Part shown: one piece after another, positions 1-9,563 of the stretch | Position numbering within the stretch: the first letter of the stretch is position 1 | How the letters are laid out: each line of letters opens with the position of its first letter | IMG/VR virus record: IMGVR_UViG_3300020084_000003 | Coordinates: 62,001-126,000 of that record | Length of the DNA stretch: 64,000 bases | Strand: one strand, 5' to 3' | Position numbers and translations under genes: made by a program | Notes under the pieces: model-generated | Seen by the model: only the letters and a program-made list of their open reading frames with translations | Databases searched by the model: none | Told to the model about the DNA's origin: nothing

Positions 1-2
1 AA

Positions 3-1778
3 TCTAGTATCAAGACATTTTTGAAAAATCAATCTCAATTCAAAGATTACGACTTTGAAGGCTCAAACATGTCTGTCTTGATAGACATTTTGGCATATAA
101 CACTTTCCACAATGCGTTTTACAATAACATGGCGCTATCTGAGATGTTTCTTGATAGCGCACAGCTACGTTCTGCGATAACCTCTCATGCTAAATCTTTG
201 AACTATCTCCCAAGATCAAAAAGATCAGCAACCGGTTCTCTTAAAGTCTCAATAGAAGTCGAAGATGGCGCACCATTCGTCACAATTCCTGCTAGAACTG
301 TTTTCAATTCACCAAATTCAAATGGTAGAAGCTTCAAATTTTATACAATGGAAGCGCATACCATAACCCCTCATAACGGGATATACACTTCGGATGAGAT
401 ACCCGTTTTTGAAGGTAATATGAAAACAGAGAAATTTTTCATATCAGACGATTTGAATAAAAAGTATCCTGTCGGTGCGGTCGATGTTGACACCACATCG
501 TTGAAGGTATTCATCACAAATAACGATGGCATAGAAGAAGAATATATACTGGCAGAGAGCATTTATCAAATAACAGATAAAAGTAAGGTGTATTACTTGC
601 AATTATCAAATGATACATACGAGATTTATTTTGGCATGAATGTCTTTGGACGTGCGCCAGACGTAAACTCAGTAATGCGTATAGAATATATTGTAACAAA
701 TGGTGAAGACGCCAACGGTGTTTGTGAATTTTATTCTCAATCAAGAATAGACGGATATAAAGTTTCTCAGGTAACTCCGATCAATGTGGCGCACGGTGGA
801 TCAAATGCAGAAAGCAATGAATCTATTAAAAAGAGCGCACCTAGATCATACCAGATGCAAGACAGGGCAATCTCTGAAAGCGATTATGTTAATATATTGA
901 AAGATAAATTTCCAGAAGTCCAATCTATATCAGTCATTGGTGGTGAGCAACTAAGCCCGCCTGTATATGGAAGAGTTTTCATTTATGTTGATGCCAAAGG
1001 TATCGACGGCATTTCTAGTAACTTGAAAGATAAGATAAGAAACTTTATAACACCAAGAATGCCGGTGGGAATATCCGTTGACATAGAAAATCCAAACTTC
1101 TTCTTCCTTGAAGTTGTTTCTGAGGCTATATATGACGGCAAGGTAACAAACAAGTCAAAAGCAAATATCACCAAAGCTGTTTATGACAATATTAAATCCT
1201 ATGTGAATGAGAATGTAAGTGAATTTGGAATTACTTTTTATCATTCAAAAATGGAAAATGCTGTCAATAACTCAGACGGTGCTATTTTGTCTAACATGAC
1301 AAGCGTTCGCATATACAGTGAGCATGAGCTTCTAGTTGGGATCAGAAACGATTTCATCATTAATTTCGGAATGGAATTGACTCCGATAAGCGATTATGCT
1401 TATAGAGCATTTGCATCTGAAAATCCAAATATGACAAATCTTCCAGATTTGAATAGAAACTCAAATAGCAGACCTCCCACAGTTTCTTCTAGCCCATTTA
1501 CATATGGTGGTCTAGTTGCATATATTAGAGATAATGGTTCAGGAACATTACAAGTTGTTAGAAGCGTAGGTAATAGAGAAATAGTTATCAATAAAAATAT
1601 TGGAACAGTTGATTATAAAACCGGAAGAGTTAGAATAAATAAGCTTATAACTCAGGGATATAATGGCTCTGGCGTTAAATTTTACGCAGTTCCTAAGAGT
1701 AGAGATTTCTCAATACCTAAAAATACATTACTTTCAATAAGAAATGAGGATTTGAGAGTAACCGCAAAAACTAATTAA
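3..1778 (+). CDS. gp6: Baseplate wedge subunit, T4 gp6-like (5' partial; frame is open to the window edge)
   Basis: FKDYDFEGSNMSVLIDILAYNT...EMFLDSAQLR...AKSLNYLPRS and QDRAISESDY motifs are typical of gp6; lies upstream of gp7/gp8. Confidence 0.9.
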   Translation, partial: SSIKTFLKNQSQFKDYDFEGSNMSVLIDILAYNTFHNAFYNNMALSEMFLDSAQLRSAITSHAKSLNYLPRSKRSATGSLKVSIEVEDGAPFVTIPARTVFNSPNSNGRSFKFYTMEAHTITPHNGIYTSDEIPVFEGNMKTEKFFISDDLNKKYPVGAVDVDTTSLKVFITNNDGIEEEYILAESIYQITDKSKVYYLQLSNDTYEIYFGMNVFGRAPDVNSVMRIEYIVTNGEDANGVCEFYSQSRIDGYKVSQVTPINVAHGGSNAESNESIKKSAPRSYQMQDRAISESDYVNILKDKFPEVQSISVIGGEQLSPPVYGRVFIYVDAKGIDGISSNLKDKIRNFITPRMPVGISVDIENPNFFFLEVVSEAIYDGKVTNKSKANITKAVYDNIKSYVNENVSEFGITFYHSKMENAVNNSDGAILSNMTSVRIYSEHELLVGIRNDFIINFGMELTPISDYAYRAFASENPNMTNLPDLNRNSNSRPPTVSSSPFTYGGLVAYIRDNGSGTLQVVRSVGNREIVINKNIGTVDYKTGRVRINKLITQGYNGSGVKFYAVPKSRDFSIPKNTLLSIRNEDLRVTAKTN

Positions 1779-1791
1779 TGGATAATGAAAT

Positions 1792-4700
1792 ATGAACAAA
1801 CATGATGTGTCTCAATATATAAGACAGCAATTCCCCACTGCTTATGAGGAAGGTGGAGAAGGTTTTATAGCATTCGTTGAAGCTTATTACGAATATTTGG
1901 ATCAGAATCATTTCAAAAATAGAACTATGATTGAAAGTATTGATCTAGACACAACACTAGATGAGTTCGTAGTTCATTTCAAAGAAACATATCTAAAGGA
2001 TTTTCCGTTTGTCGCCGCGACAGATAGAAAGTTCATGATTAAGCATATCTTGGATTTTTATAAATCAAAGGGTAGCTCATTATCTACAGAATTGCTAATT
2101 CGTATGCTATACGGAGAAGATTCATCTGTTAACCTTCCATCAAAAGATATTTTAAGAGCATCCAGTTCTGATTGGACCGAGCCTGAATATATCGAAGTAT
2201 CCAGAAGCGATAGAACTATAAGTTTCTTGGATAAAGAAGTTGTAGGTTCAAAATCAAAAGCTAAGGCTACCGTAGAGGGCATTGTTACCAAAAGGGTTAA
2301 CGGAAAATATATTGACGTTGTTTATATTGATAATGTCAAAGGAAACTTTATCAAAGACGAATTCATAACTGATGATGGTAATTTGAGAAATGCTCCTATC
2401 ATTGTTGGTTCTTTGACCGCAGTCAACATCTCAAATGGTGGTAGAAATAACAAGGTCGGTGACATATTTAATGTTATTGGCGCTAACGGTGAAAGAGGAA
2501 AGGTCCGCGTTTCTGAAATAGTCGGTGCTACCGGTAGGGTAGACTTTTCTATTGTTGACGGTGGTTTCGGTTATACCTCCAACGCTGATACTGATGTTTA
2601 TATATCAGACGCAATTCTTCAAGTTAAAAATGAAGACATGCTATTTGAAAAGTTTGATGAAGTCAGACAGCACAGCGAAACTCTTGACCTAATATCTTTT
2701 GAACAAACAGCCAATGTGATAACCATAGGTGATACTATGGTCGGAGTAACATCATCTGGTTCAGTTATAGCTAATGGCGTCGTTACTTCTATTACAGACG
2801 GCGGCGACGGGACCGGAAAAGTAAAACTTTTGGTCAAAGAAGGCACTTTCGACACTCAAAGAAGACTTACAGTTAATGGTGGAAATACCGCCAGCTTCAC
2901 CGTGGGCGACATTGTGACCGAGGAATCTTTTGCAACAATAGAAGTTTCAAGCAACACAATTCCTCTTGTGGTCGGTCAGAGATTAGAGCAATCCAGAGAA
3001 ATACAATTGCAGGCAAAGACAGGCACACTTGTTCTTACTACTGCTGTTGCTAACACATTTTCAGCCGGTGAAGTCGTCACATGCGCGGATGATTCTGGAA
3101 ATACTATAATAAGCGGTAAAGTGGTTGTAGCGTCTTCACCAACCACTTTAAAGCTAAATTCAATTGTTACATATCGCGCACCCAATACATTTGTAACAGG
3201 AAGAACAGTTTTGGGCGTGACTTCTAATGTTACAGCTACCGTAAGCAGCTACACATCAAATCCAATTCCTCCTGTATATTCTGACAAATCTTACGGAATA
3301 ATCACAAATATTGCAGGCAACCAAGTCTCTCTAGCTGGAATGTGGGGAGAATTTGATAGCTCCACAAGCGCATTTATATTTGCAAACAGCACGTCAACAT
3401 CTGTTGCCGGTGGTTGCTACATCAATACTGTAACTTATACCGAAAGAGGCGCAATAGGTAAAATAGCATCTAAGACTGCCACAACTTTGAACCTACAAGG
3501 GGTCAGAGGGGATTTCAATGTTGGAAACAAGGTAAAGTCTAAAAAATCAATAGACGTAAGAAATATAACCGCTGTGAGCGACGTTGGAGCGGCTGACGTT
3601 AGATTGAACGGAAACGTCAGTTTAACATCCGTTATTTCATTAGTTGCAAATACTTCCGCAACAGGTAAAGTAATAGGCCAAAATACATCTTCCGTTGGCG
3701 TATGGGGTAATACAAATCCGTTTATGTCCTCTGGTGATATTAGCGTTCCAAACACATCCAGAGTTATAGATGCTCTTACAACATCTGATACAAACTTGGT
3801 GACTATCCGTGTAACATCACCACACGGCTATTCTCAGAACGATTCTGTTATCATAAACATTGATTTGCAGCAAAATAGTGAAGTCAAGAAAATATACGGC
3901 CTTTATACCGTAGTTTCCATTGTAAACTCTACCACATTCAGAGTTCAAATGGATGAACAATATGGTAATATAATAAGAATGGGTAACTTCCAGTTCTTTA
4001 CTTCAACTGTTAACAAAACAGTCGTCATACCAATATATGTTGAAAGAAAAAGCGGCGAGAATTTCAACAAAGAAGTTTATGGTGTTTCAAGTGGTTCTGA
4101 TGCCAATTTTAACGTAGGATCATTGGAAGGCGAGGAAACAGTCTTCATCAATACTGACTTTGTGGGCGATGAAAACATTGTCGGCGTGGATTATCTTGAC
4201 ATTAGACTAGACGGTTCTCAATCTGGTATCGGATTCGTCGGTGCAATAAACGTGGTTGACGGTGGCACACAATACGCAAACGGGGCGCAGCTTACTTTCA
4301 CAGGCGGCGGTTACGGAAGCGGCGAACCAGAAATAGTTGCAATTGGTAGTGTAATGACAAACTCCAATGGCGCTATAATAGATGTTAATATTTCAAACAT
4401 GGGTCAGGGTTATTATTCAGCGCCAACTATAACATTGCCTGCAACCTCTGGAACACCCGCTACCTTGGTTCCATTAATGGAATTTGGATATGGTTTCCCT
4501 AAACTACCCACTGGTGGTCACGAAAACATGCTTGAAGACCTGTTTACTTCAAAAGAAATGACAATTGGTAAAATTTCTACCTTGAGCAACATCAACCCCG
4601 GTATTAACTACAACGCAAACCCATACGTATTAGTATATAATTCATATATTGCTGGTTTCCAAAGAACAGATAGAATTGTTGTTTCATCCGAAGGTGAGAC

Positions 4701-7341
4701 AATGTTCATTGTTGGAGAAATAGTATCACAACAAATACCCGGAAGCGGCGGCGCGATAATTTCACCTAAAGGTTACGTGTCATCTATCCAAGGCACAACG
4801 GTATATATTAAAAGAATGTCATTTAACACCAGCTTTGCAGCGGGAATACCGTTGGTTGGACAAACATCTTCTGCTATAAGATATGTTCAAACTGTAGAAG
4901 AATTATCCGGTGGCATGGTGTTGGGTGACAACGCTATCATAAATGCTACAACAATTGCGGCAGATGGTATTGCAACAGAGCTTGAAGTTATAGATTCTGG
5001 TTTTGGATATGAGCATATGCAAAACGTTTCAATATTCAATTCAAGTAGTCCGTTCATCATGACCGGGACCGCTGTAGTTTCACGTCACGGTAAATCAGAG
5101 GGTTCATGGAAATCTCAGGTTTCTCAGTTGGATGGAAATTCCAGAATACATGACAACAATTACTACCAAGAGTTTTCTTATGAAGTAATTGCTGGCCGTT
5201 CTATGGACACCTATAAAGACGTGTTGAAAAAGATCACACACGTCGCTGGAACCAAGATGTTTGGTAAAGTTGAAAAGAACTCATTCTTGGATACAAGAAT
5301 TAAAAATACTCAAGCAAACATTAGCAGAGGCGTGGACAACTATTCAACCGTTTCCAACAAGCTTATAACTGAGATATTCAATAACAACGAAAGAGGCGTA
5401 GTTCTCTGGCCGTCATATGAAAATTGGTTCTCAGATGTTACAGGCACCGAGAAAATAGTTAAATCAAACGAAAAAATTGTTTCATGGAGAAGCGCAAGAA
5501 AAGAAAACACAACCAAGAGGAAAAACCTGTTGGTGTGGACAAATGATTATGACATGAGCGCATGGGTCAAGTCTGGTGTTACAATGACTAAAGTCGCTGA
5601 CGGCACCGAGTTTAGATTGACAAGCACTAACGTTCAGCATTCATTGTCTTCTTCATTCAAAACAAGAGCTAATGAAAAATATACGTTCTCAGGTTTTGTC
5701 AAAGTTTCAAACCATAGCAGAATAACAGTAATGATTCGTGGTTCTATTACTAGCGGTTACATAACCTTCAACGTTTCAACTGGCGCTATTGTTGCCAGAA
5801 GTGGCGGTTATGAAGGTGCAATAGAAGTTGTTTCCAATGGTTTCTATAAAATAAGCTTGTTGGGAACAAGAGCCATTGCCAGCGAAGGAACAGCTTTTGT
5901 AGATATAATACTAAATAGCAACTCTGGCATCGGAGCAGAAACATTTAATGGTTCAACTATGCCAACCTCAGTTGTGACCATCAAAAACGTTCAGGTAGAA
6001 AATGGTCTTATTGTTTCTCCATATCAAAACGTGAGACACGGTGAAGAATGGGATGGTATCAGATATTATCAAAATAAAGGACAAGATTTCGCACCGATTT
6101 CTTCCAGAATGCCAATTTCTGGTATTAAAAACTATCTTCCAAACAGTGACAATTTTGAAACCAGTGAATGGATTTTGAATAAAATAAACTTGTCAGATGG
6201 CTCTAGAATTCTAGGAAAAGAGGGCTATTTAATCACATGTGGTCGTGATCTTCGTCCAGAAAAACATTCTTTGAAAAGATTTGTATCTACTCCATTAAGA
6301 ACTATTGGTGCAGTTGTCAGAGCTAACACAACCATGAGATATGTATCTCTTTCACTAATCGGAAGAGAAGCCGTTTTTGATCTTTACACAAAAACAATTA
6401 TCAGAAACAATTTCCAAGTCGCAGAGATAGTCGAAGAAGATAACTACATCATTATTGCGGTAAATGATTCTAATATTGAAACTGAAATCAAGCAAAACGA
6501 CAGCGTGTTTGAGTTGACCTTGATGAACGGCCCAGACAATTCAAACAAAGAATTTGTAGGAAACCGTGACGTTAGTTTTGAGATTTTGAGAGTATTCGGA
6601 TCAGTAGGCGTTATTAACGATATATTCGACGGATACACTCAAGAAAATACAAACATGTTTGATGTAAGCGATATAAACGAGAGAAGCATATTGTATGCGT
6701 CATTTGCGGATCAAAAGCAAAGATTGATATCTCCTGCATATGAAAACTTTAATGGTGATATCGTAGTTGGCGGCATAAATGGAACTTGGTTCAAGCCATA
6801 TCTGAGAAACGCTAACTCATTCAACACTGTCACACCGCTTTCATATGAAATAATTAAAGCTATGGGCGGAATTATAGGAATGGTATTGATTGACAGAAAT
6901 CTAACTGTAGAAGAGCAAAACAAGATAGTTGATTATCTAAAGTTGGGCGGTTCTAAGGGTAGATATTTTGAAGAAATTGCTCCTACTGTTTCAGGTATGT
7001 CATTGGGCGTAGCTACTAATGCGACAATATCAGCTAACACCATAACCAAAATATCTGATAGTGAAGCTATTGTTAGATTTAACGTTCCGAACGGGTTGTA
7101 TAGAATTAGTTTTGATTATCAGACTTTGGTGGATAATATTTCTTCATTTGAATTGGTAGAAGTTGTCGGTAACGGTATCATCCGATCAGTCTCAGATATA
7201 CCTAAATCTGTTGATGTTGGGACATTTGATGACTTCGTTCATATCGAGAATGGCAATTTTGGATTTTTAATTAAGTGTGCTGATAACGTAAGTTTGGTTA
7301 ACATATCAAACTTGGCTGCTTATTTCTATAATGTTGCTTAA
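1792..7341 (+). CDS. gp7: Baseplate wedge initiator, gp7-like, with long C-terminal extension
   Basis: N-terminal QFP..FIAFVEAYYEYL..FYKSKGS and internal DNNYYQEFSYE..THVAGTKMFG motifs as in gp7 of cyanophage-type T4-like phages; lies between gp6 and gp8. Confidence 0.75.
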   Translation: MNKHDVSQYIRQQFPTAYEEGGEGFIAFVEAYYEYLDQNHFKNRTMIESIDLDTTLDEFVVHFKETYLKDFPFVAATDRKFMIKHILDFYKSKGSSLSTELLIRMLYGEDSSVNLPSKDILRASSSDWTEPEYIEVSRSDRTISFLDKEVVGSKSKAKATVEGIVTKRVNGKYIDVVYIDNVKGNFIKDEFITDDGNLRNAPIIVGSLTAVNISNGGRNNKVGDIFNVIGANGERGKVRVSEIVGATGRVDFSIVDGGFGYTSNADTDVYISDAILQVKNEDMLFEKFDEVRQHSETLDLISFEQTANVITIGDTMVGVTSSGSVIANGVVTSITDGGDGTGKVKLLVKEGTFDTQRRLTVNGGNTASFTVGDIVTEESFATIEVSSNTIPLVVGQRLEQSREIQLQAKTGTLVLTTAVANTFSAGEVVTCADDSGNTIISGKVVVASSPTTLKLNSIVTYRAPNTFVTGRTVLGVTSNVTATVSSYTSNPIPPVYSDKSYGIITNIAGNQVSLAGMWGEFDSSTSAFIFANSTSTSVAGGCYINTVTYTERGAIGKIASKTATTLNLQGVRGDFNVGNKVKSKKSIDVRNITAVSDVGAADVRLNGNVSLTSVISLVANTSATGKVIGQNTSSVGVWGNTNPFMSSGDISVPNTSRVIDALTTSDTNLVTIRVTSPHGYSQNDSVIINIDLQQNSEVKKIYGLYTVVSIVNSTTFRVQMDEQYGNIIRMGNFQFFTSTVNKTVVIPIYVERKSGENFNKEVYGVSSGSDANFNVGSLEGEETVFINTDFVGDENIVGVDYLDIRLDGSQSGIGFVGAINVVDGGTQYANGAQLTFTGGGYGSGEPEIVAIGSVMTNSNGAIIDVNISNMGQGYYSAPTITLPATSGTPATLVPLMEFGYGFPKLPTGGHENMLEDLFTSKEMTIGKISTLSNINPGINYNANPYVLVYNSYIAGFQRTDRIVVSSEGETMFIVGEIVSQQIPGSGGAIISPKGYVSSIQGTTVYIKRMSFNTSFAAGIPLVGQTSSAIRYVQTVEELSGGMVLGDNAIINATTIAADGIATELEVIDSGFGYEHMQNVSIFNSSSPFIMTGTAVVSRHGKSEGSWKSQVSQLDGNSRIHDNNYYQEFSYEVIAGRSMDTYKDVLKKITHVAGTKMFGKVEKNSFLDTRIKNTQANISRGVDNYSTVSNKLITEIFNNNERGVVLWPSYENWFSDVTGTEKIVKSNEKIVSWRSARKENTTKRKNLLVWTNDYDMSAWVKSGVTMTKVADGTEFRLTSTNVQHSLSSSFKTRANEKYTFSGFVKVSNHSRITVMIRGSITSGYITFNVSTGAIVARSGGYEGAIEVVSNGFYKISLLGTRAIASEGTAFVDIILNSNSGIGAETFNGSTMPTSVVTIKNVQVENGLIVSPYQNVRHGEEWDGIRYYQNKGQDFAPISSRMPISGIKNYLPNSDNFETSEWILNKINLSDGSRILGKEGYLITCGRDLRPEKHSLKRFVSTPLRTIGAVVRANTTMRYVSLSLIGREAVFDLYTKTIIRNNFQVAEIVEEDNYIIIAVNDSNIETEIKQNDSVFELTLMNGPDNSNKEFVGNRDVSFEILRVFGSVGVINDIFDGYTQENTNMFDVSDINERSILYASFADQKQRLISPAYENFNGDIVVGGINGTWFKPYLRNANSFNTVTPLSYEIIKAMGGIIGMVLIDRNLTVEEQNKIVDYLKLGGSKGRYFEEIAPTVSGMSLGVATNATISANTITKISDSEAIVRFNVPNGLYRISFDYQTLVDNISSFELVEVVGNGIIRSVSDIPKSVDVGTFDDFVHIENGNFGFLIKCADNVSLVNISNLAAYFYNVA

Positions 7342-7357
7342 AAATACTTGGTTGGCT

Positions 7358-7365
7358 TATAAATA
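7358..7365 (+). promoter_or_regulatory. T4-type late promoter TATAAATA, enclosed by a GGTTGGCTT/AAGCCAACC inverted repeat
   Basis: Exact TATAAATA in the gp7-gp8 intergenic region. Confidence 0.8.
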
Positions 7366-7402
7366 ATCTTGAACATTTAGAAGCCAACCTATAGGATTAT
7401 TA

Positions 7403-9553
7403 ATGACAAGTATTGTAACTAAAGATATGCACGTGCATATGGCAGAACAATTTTACGAATCTTTGACAGAAGAGGCTAACACAATATACTATGTGGTAGC
7501 CTCAAAATCAACTGAATTTGATTCCGATCTAGAACCGCCCACTCCATCAAATTCAACCTATGGCACTCTATATCAAATATATGACGAGATGATTTTTGGA
7601 AAACATGTTTCCCAAAATGATGTTTCGCATATGGTGAGATATGTTCCTTGGGAAAGCGGCGTAACATATGATATGTATGACGACAAGGACGAATTTCTTT
7701 TTGAAAAAGATTTCTTTGTGGTATCAATAGAGCCATCCGGCGATCACTCTATATTCAAGTGCATATATAATGGCAAAAAAGTTAAGGGCGATGTTGAAGT
7801 AGTCCCGAAGACGTTTGACCAACCATTGTCAACAGAAACACATGCAGGCGATAATTATTACAGAACTGCGGATGGTTATGTTTGGAAATTGATGTGCGTC
7901 ATCAATAGAAACGAGTTTGAAAAATTCGCTACCAAAGAATTCATGCCGGTTAAAGTCGATCCAGCCATAAGCGGTGCCGCAATAGACGGTGCCATCGAAC
8001 ACATTCTTGTAGAAAATTCTGGTTCTTCTTATAACGCATATGCTTTTGGTTCTATAAAACAATCAGCCGTTGCAGGTAATAACATGATATTTGCCTTGCA
8101 AACCGACGAATTAAATGATATACTTACATTTGACGTTCTGATGAGAACCGGAGCTTTTGTTAGCAACCACAACCAAACAGAAAGAAAAAAGTTCTTTTTC
8201 AGATTGAATAACAACACCTTTTGGTCTGTGGACGGCGTTCCTGTCACAGCAGAATATTACCATGTAAACAACACTATAGTTCGCGTTATCATGTCAAACT
8301 CTGTTAAGTATGATTATAACGTTGTGAGCTTGTTCCAAACAAATAACAACTTGCCAACAGGGACAGTTGTAGCAGAAGGTGAAATATCAGCTATCAGAAG
8401 AGACTTGATACCAACTCTTTCAAGTAACTCTGACTTCTATACAAACTCAAGTTTTTATATAAGAAGTGGAACAGGCGCAGGAAATCTAAGATATATTGTT
8501 GATTATATCGTTGTAGGTAATGATAGAAGAGTATTACTTGACAGGCCATTTCCAGTATTGCCAGATTCTACTTCCAGATTTGAAATTGGTCCTAGAGTAT
8601 TGATAAGAGGCGACGGGACTAGCACAGACGGAACCAGAAGTGCATCCGCTATCGCAATTATGGAAGAAAGCTCCAATACCATACATTCAATAGAAATTAT
8701 TGATCCGGGTAAGGCATACACATATGCCAACGTGGAAATACTTTCAAATACTGGCTATGTTGATTCTCAAAATAACAACATAATAGCAAACACTGCTCAA
8801 ACCAGAGTAATCATTTCACCCAAAGGTGGTCATGGTAAATCACCAATCAAAGAATTGGGTGGAAAATACATATGCGTTTCTGCTGAATTTGACAATGCTT
8901 CCAACAGCAAGATACCATCCCAAAACGACTATAGATCAGTTGCAATTTTGAAAGACCCACTATTTAATAGATTAAGCCTTACACTTGACAGCAACTCACT
9001 CTTGTTCAACGATGGAGAAACTGTTGTTCAATTTAGAGGCGGTGCTACTGGCGAAGTATATAATCGTTCTGGAAACACATTGACTTTGAAAAATATCAGA
9101 GGCTTCTTCAATAGCGGTGAAGAAATTACTACTGTAAGAGGCGTCAACGATGTTACCGCAGAGATATTAAATCTTGATAAAAATTATGATGTTGCCGATC
9201 AACGCTCTAGATTTGCTATAAATATGACTAACATGGGTTCACTAGGAACCGGCTTTTTGTTGGATGAATTTGTTAGACAACCGGATACTAATGCTGTAGG
9301 CTATGTTCATGCTATAACTGATACTAGAATAGATTTGGTTCAGGTCAGAGGAACATGGAATACATCTGATGATTCTACTGGATATATTGCAAGCATGGTT
9401 GGTGATGTTTCAGGCGCGTCCGCGAAAATAACCGCAGTTGAACCGGGAGATTTTGTTGACAATTCTGGCGAGTTTTTGTATGTTGAGCATTTTACTCCTA
9501 TACAACGAATGGAAGACCAAAAAGAGCAAATAAAAATAGTAATGGAATTTTAA
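7403..9553 (+). CDS. gp8: Baseplate wedge subunit gp8-like
   Basis: WESGVTYDMYDD, IFKCIYN, TADGYVWK, IISPKGGHG, NDYRSVAILKDP and terminal EQIKIVMEF motifs. Confidence 0.85.
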   Translation: MTSIVTKDMHVHMAEQFYESLTEEANTIYYVVASKSTEFDSDLEPPTPSNSTYGTLYQIYDEMIFGKHVSQNDVSHMVRYVPWESGVTYDMYDDKDEFLFEKDFFVVSIEPSGDHSIFKCIYNGKKVKGDVEVVPKTFDQPLSTETHAGDNYYRTADGYVWKLMCVINRNEFEKFATKEFMPVKVDPAISGAAIDGAIEHILVENSGSSYNAYAFGSIKQSAVAGNNMIFALQTDELNDILTFDVLMRTGAFVSNHNQTERKKFFFRLNNNTFWSVDGVPVTAEYYHVNNTIVRVIMSNSVKYDYNVVSLFQTNNNLPTGTVVAEGEISAIRRDLIPTLSSNSDFYTNSSFYIRSGTGAGNLRYIVDYIVVGNDRRVLLDRPFPVLPDSTSRFEIGPRVLIRGDGTSTDGTRSASAIAIMEESSNTIHSIEIIDPGKAYTYANVEILSNTGYVDSQNNNIIANTAQTRVIISPKGGHGKSPIKELGGKYICVSAEFDNASNSKIPSQNDYRSVAILKDPLFNRLSLTLDSNSLLFNDGETVVQFRGGATGEVYNRSGNTLTLKNIRGFFNSGEEITTVRGVNDVTAEILNLDKNYDVADQRSRFAINMTNMGSLGTGFLLDEFVRQPDTNAVGYVHAITDTRIDLVQVRGTWNTSDDSTGYIASMVGDVSGASAKITAVEPGDFVDNSGEFLYVEHFTPIQRMEDQKEQIKIVMEF

Positions 9554-9563
9554 AGGTAATAAA

